Made by a program: the position numbers and the translations under genes. This document shows, piece by piece, positions 63,393 to 64,000 of a DNA stretch of 64,000 bases (its first letter is position 1; every line of letters starts with the position of its first letter). Under the pieces are notes generated by a model that saw only the letters and a list, made by a program, of their open reading frames with translations, was not told the DNA's origin and made no database searches. This DNA comes from Octopus sinensis (taxonomy: Eukaryota): positions 57,722,001-57,786,000 of the forward strand of contig NC_043010.1 in NCBI RefSeq assembly GCF_006345805.1. The letters are read 5' to 3'.

Positions 63393-63565
63393 TATATATA
63401 TAAGTCCCCTTGAAACAGCTGTTTGACTCGTAAAACTCCTACTCAACCCCCTTAATTCCTGATATCATTTCCTTTCTGTGTAAGTCAGACTTTTTTTATA
63501 TGTATATATATGTACATTTTTGTATTAAATGTATTTAATATATTTTTTTATCAACATACTTGTCT

Positions 63566-63607
<42 letters not shown>

Positions 63608-63995
63608 CTAGCAGTATTGCCTGGTGTTACTCGGGTTTGCTTCGACCCTTTAGAATTGGAACTTTTGAAACGTAAAAAGTTTTCATTATGTAGCTTGTTA
63701 TTCTCTTTAAGTGAACATTTTCTGGTTGAAATACACCAAAAAATGGCGACACAGCAGTAAAAAAATCGTAAAAAATGGGGATTTTCATAGAAATAAAGCA
63801 CCTTTTTGGTGTAAATAATTTTTGGTCTTAACATGGCCTGATTTGAATTTTATCTTCTATGGAATGAAGAGCAAGCCTTCTTCTATCATACTCTCAATTT
63901 TGGTCAACTTGCGCTGCAGGGTCTCGGAGGAGATAGTGTTAGTTGAAGGCTACCAAACCTGTCACACACAGACAACTTCAGCTTTATATGTATAT
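63608..63995 (-). mobile_element. Non-autonomous Helitron, third body type
   Basis: Minus strand 5' tataaagctgaagttgtctgtg ...; 3' aaacccgagtaacaccaggcaatactgCTAG|t. Confidence 0.7.
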
Positions 63996-64000
63996 CATCA

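Overview
AT-rich animal genomic DNA, most likely octopus/cephalopod. That assignment is an inference from the recurring SINE families and the extreme (AT)n/(AC)n/(CAT)n microsatellite load. I recognise no intact host gene; almost every ORF in the track is a microsatellite translation. The window is a graveyard of mobile DNA: Tc1/mariner remnants (Tc1, mariner, DD37D), a ~3.5 kb Merlin (IS1595-like) unit with two back-to-back, dissimilar transposases, non-autonomous Helitrons, a piggyBac-like MITE, R4/Dong and RTE LINE fragments, Penelope-like (RT plus GIY-YIG) fragments and several tRNA-SINE families. The most interesting signal is non-coding. At least nine hammerhead-ribozyme-like motifs on several unrelated scaffolds can be folded by eye. 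One is complete (9449-9511), and its predicted cleavage site coincides with the start of a ~200 bp, ~99% identical inverted repeat, beside a 132 bp perfect palindrome. Another has a perfect 12 bp stem II around a 69 nt loop (3226-3347). All folds and protein assignments were made by eye and need computational confirmation.
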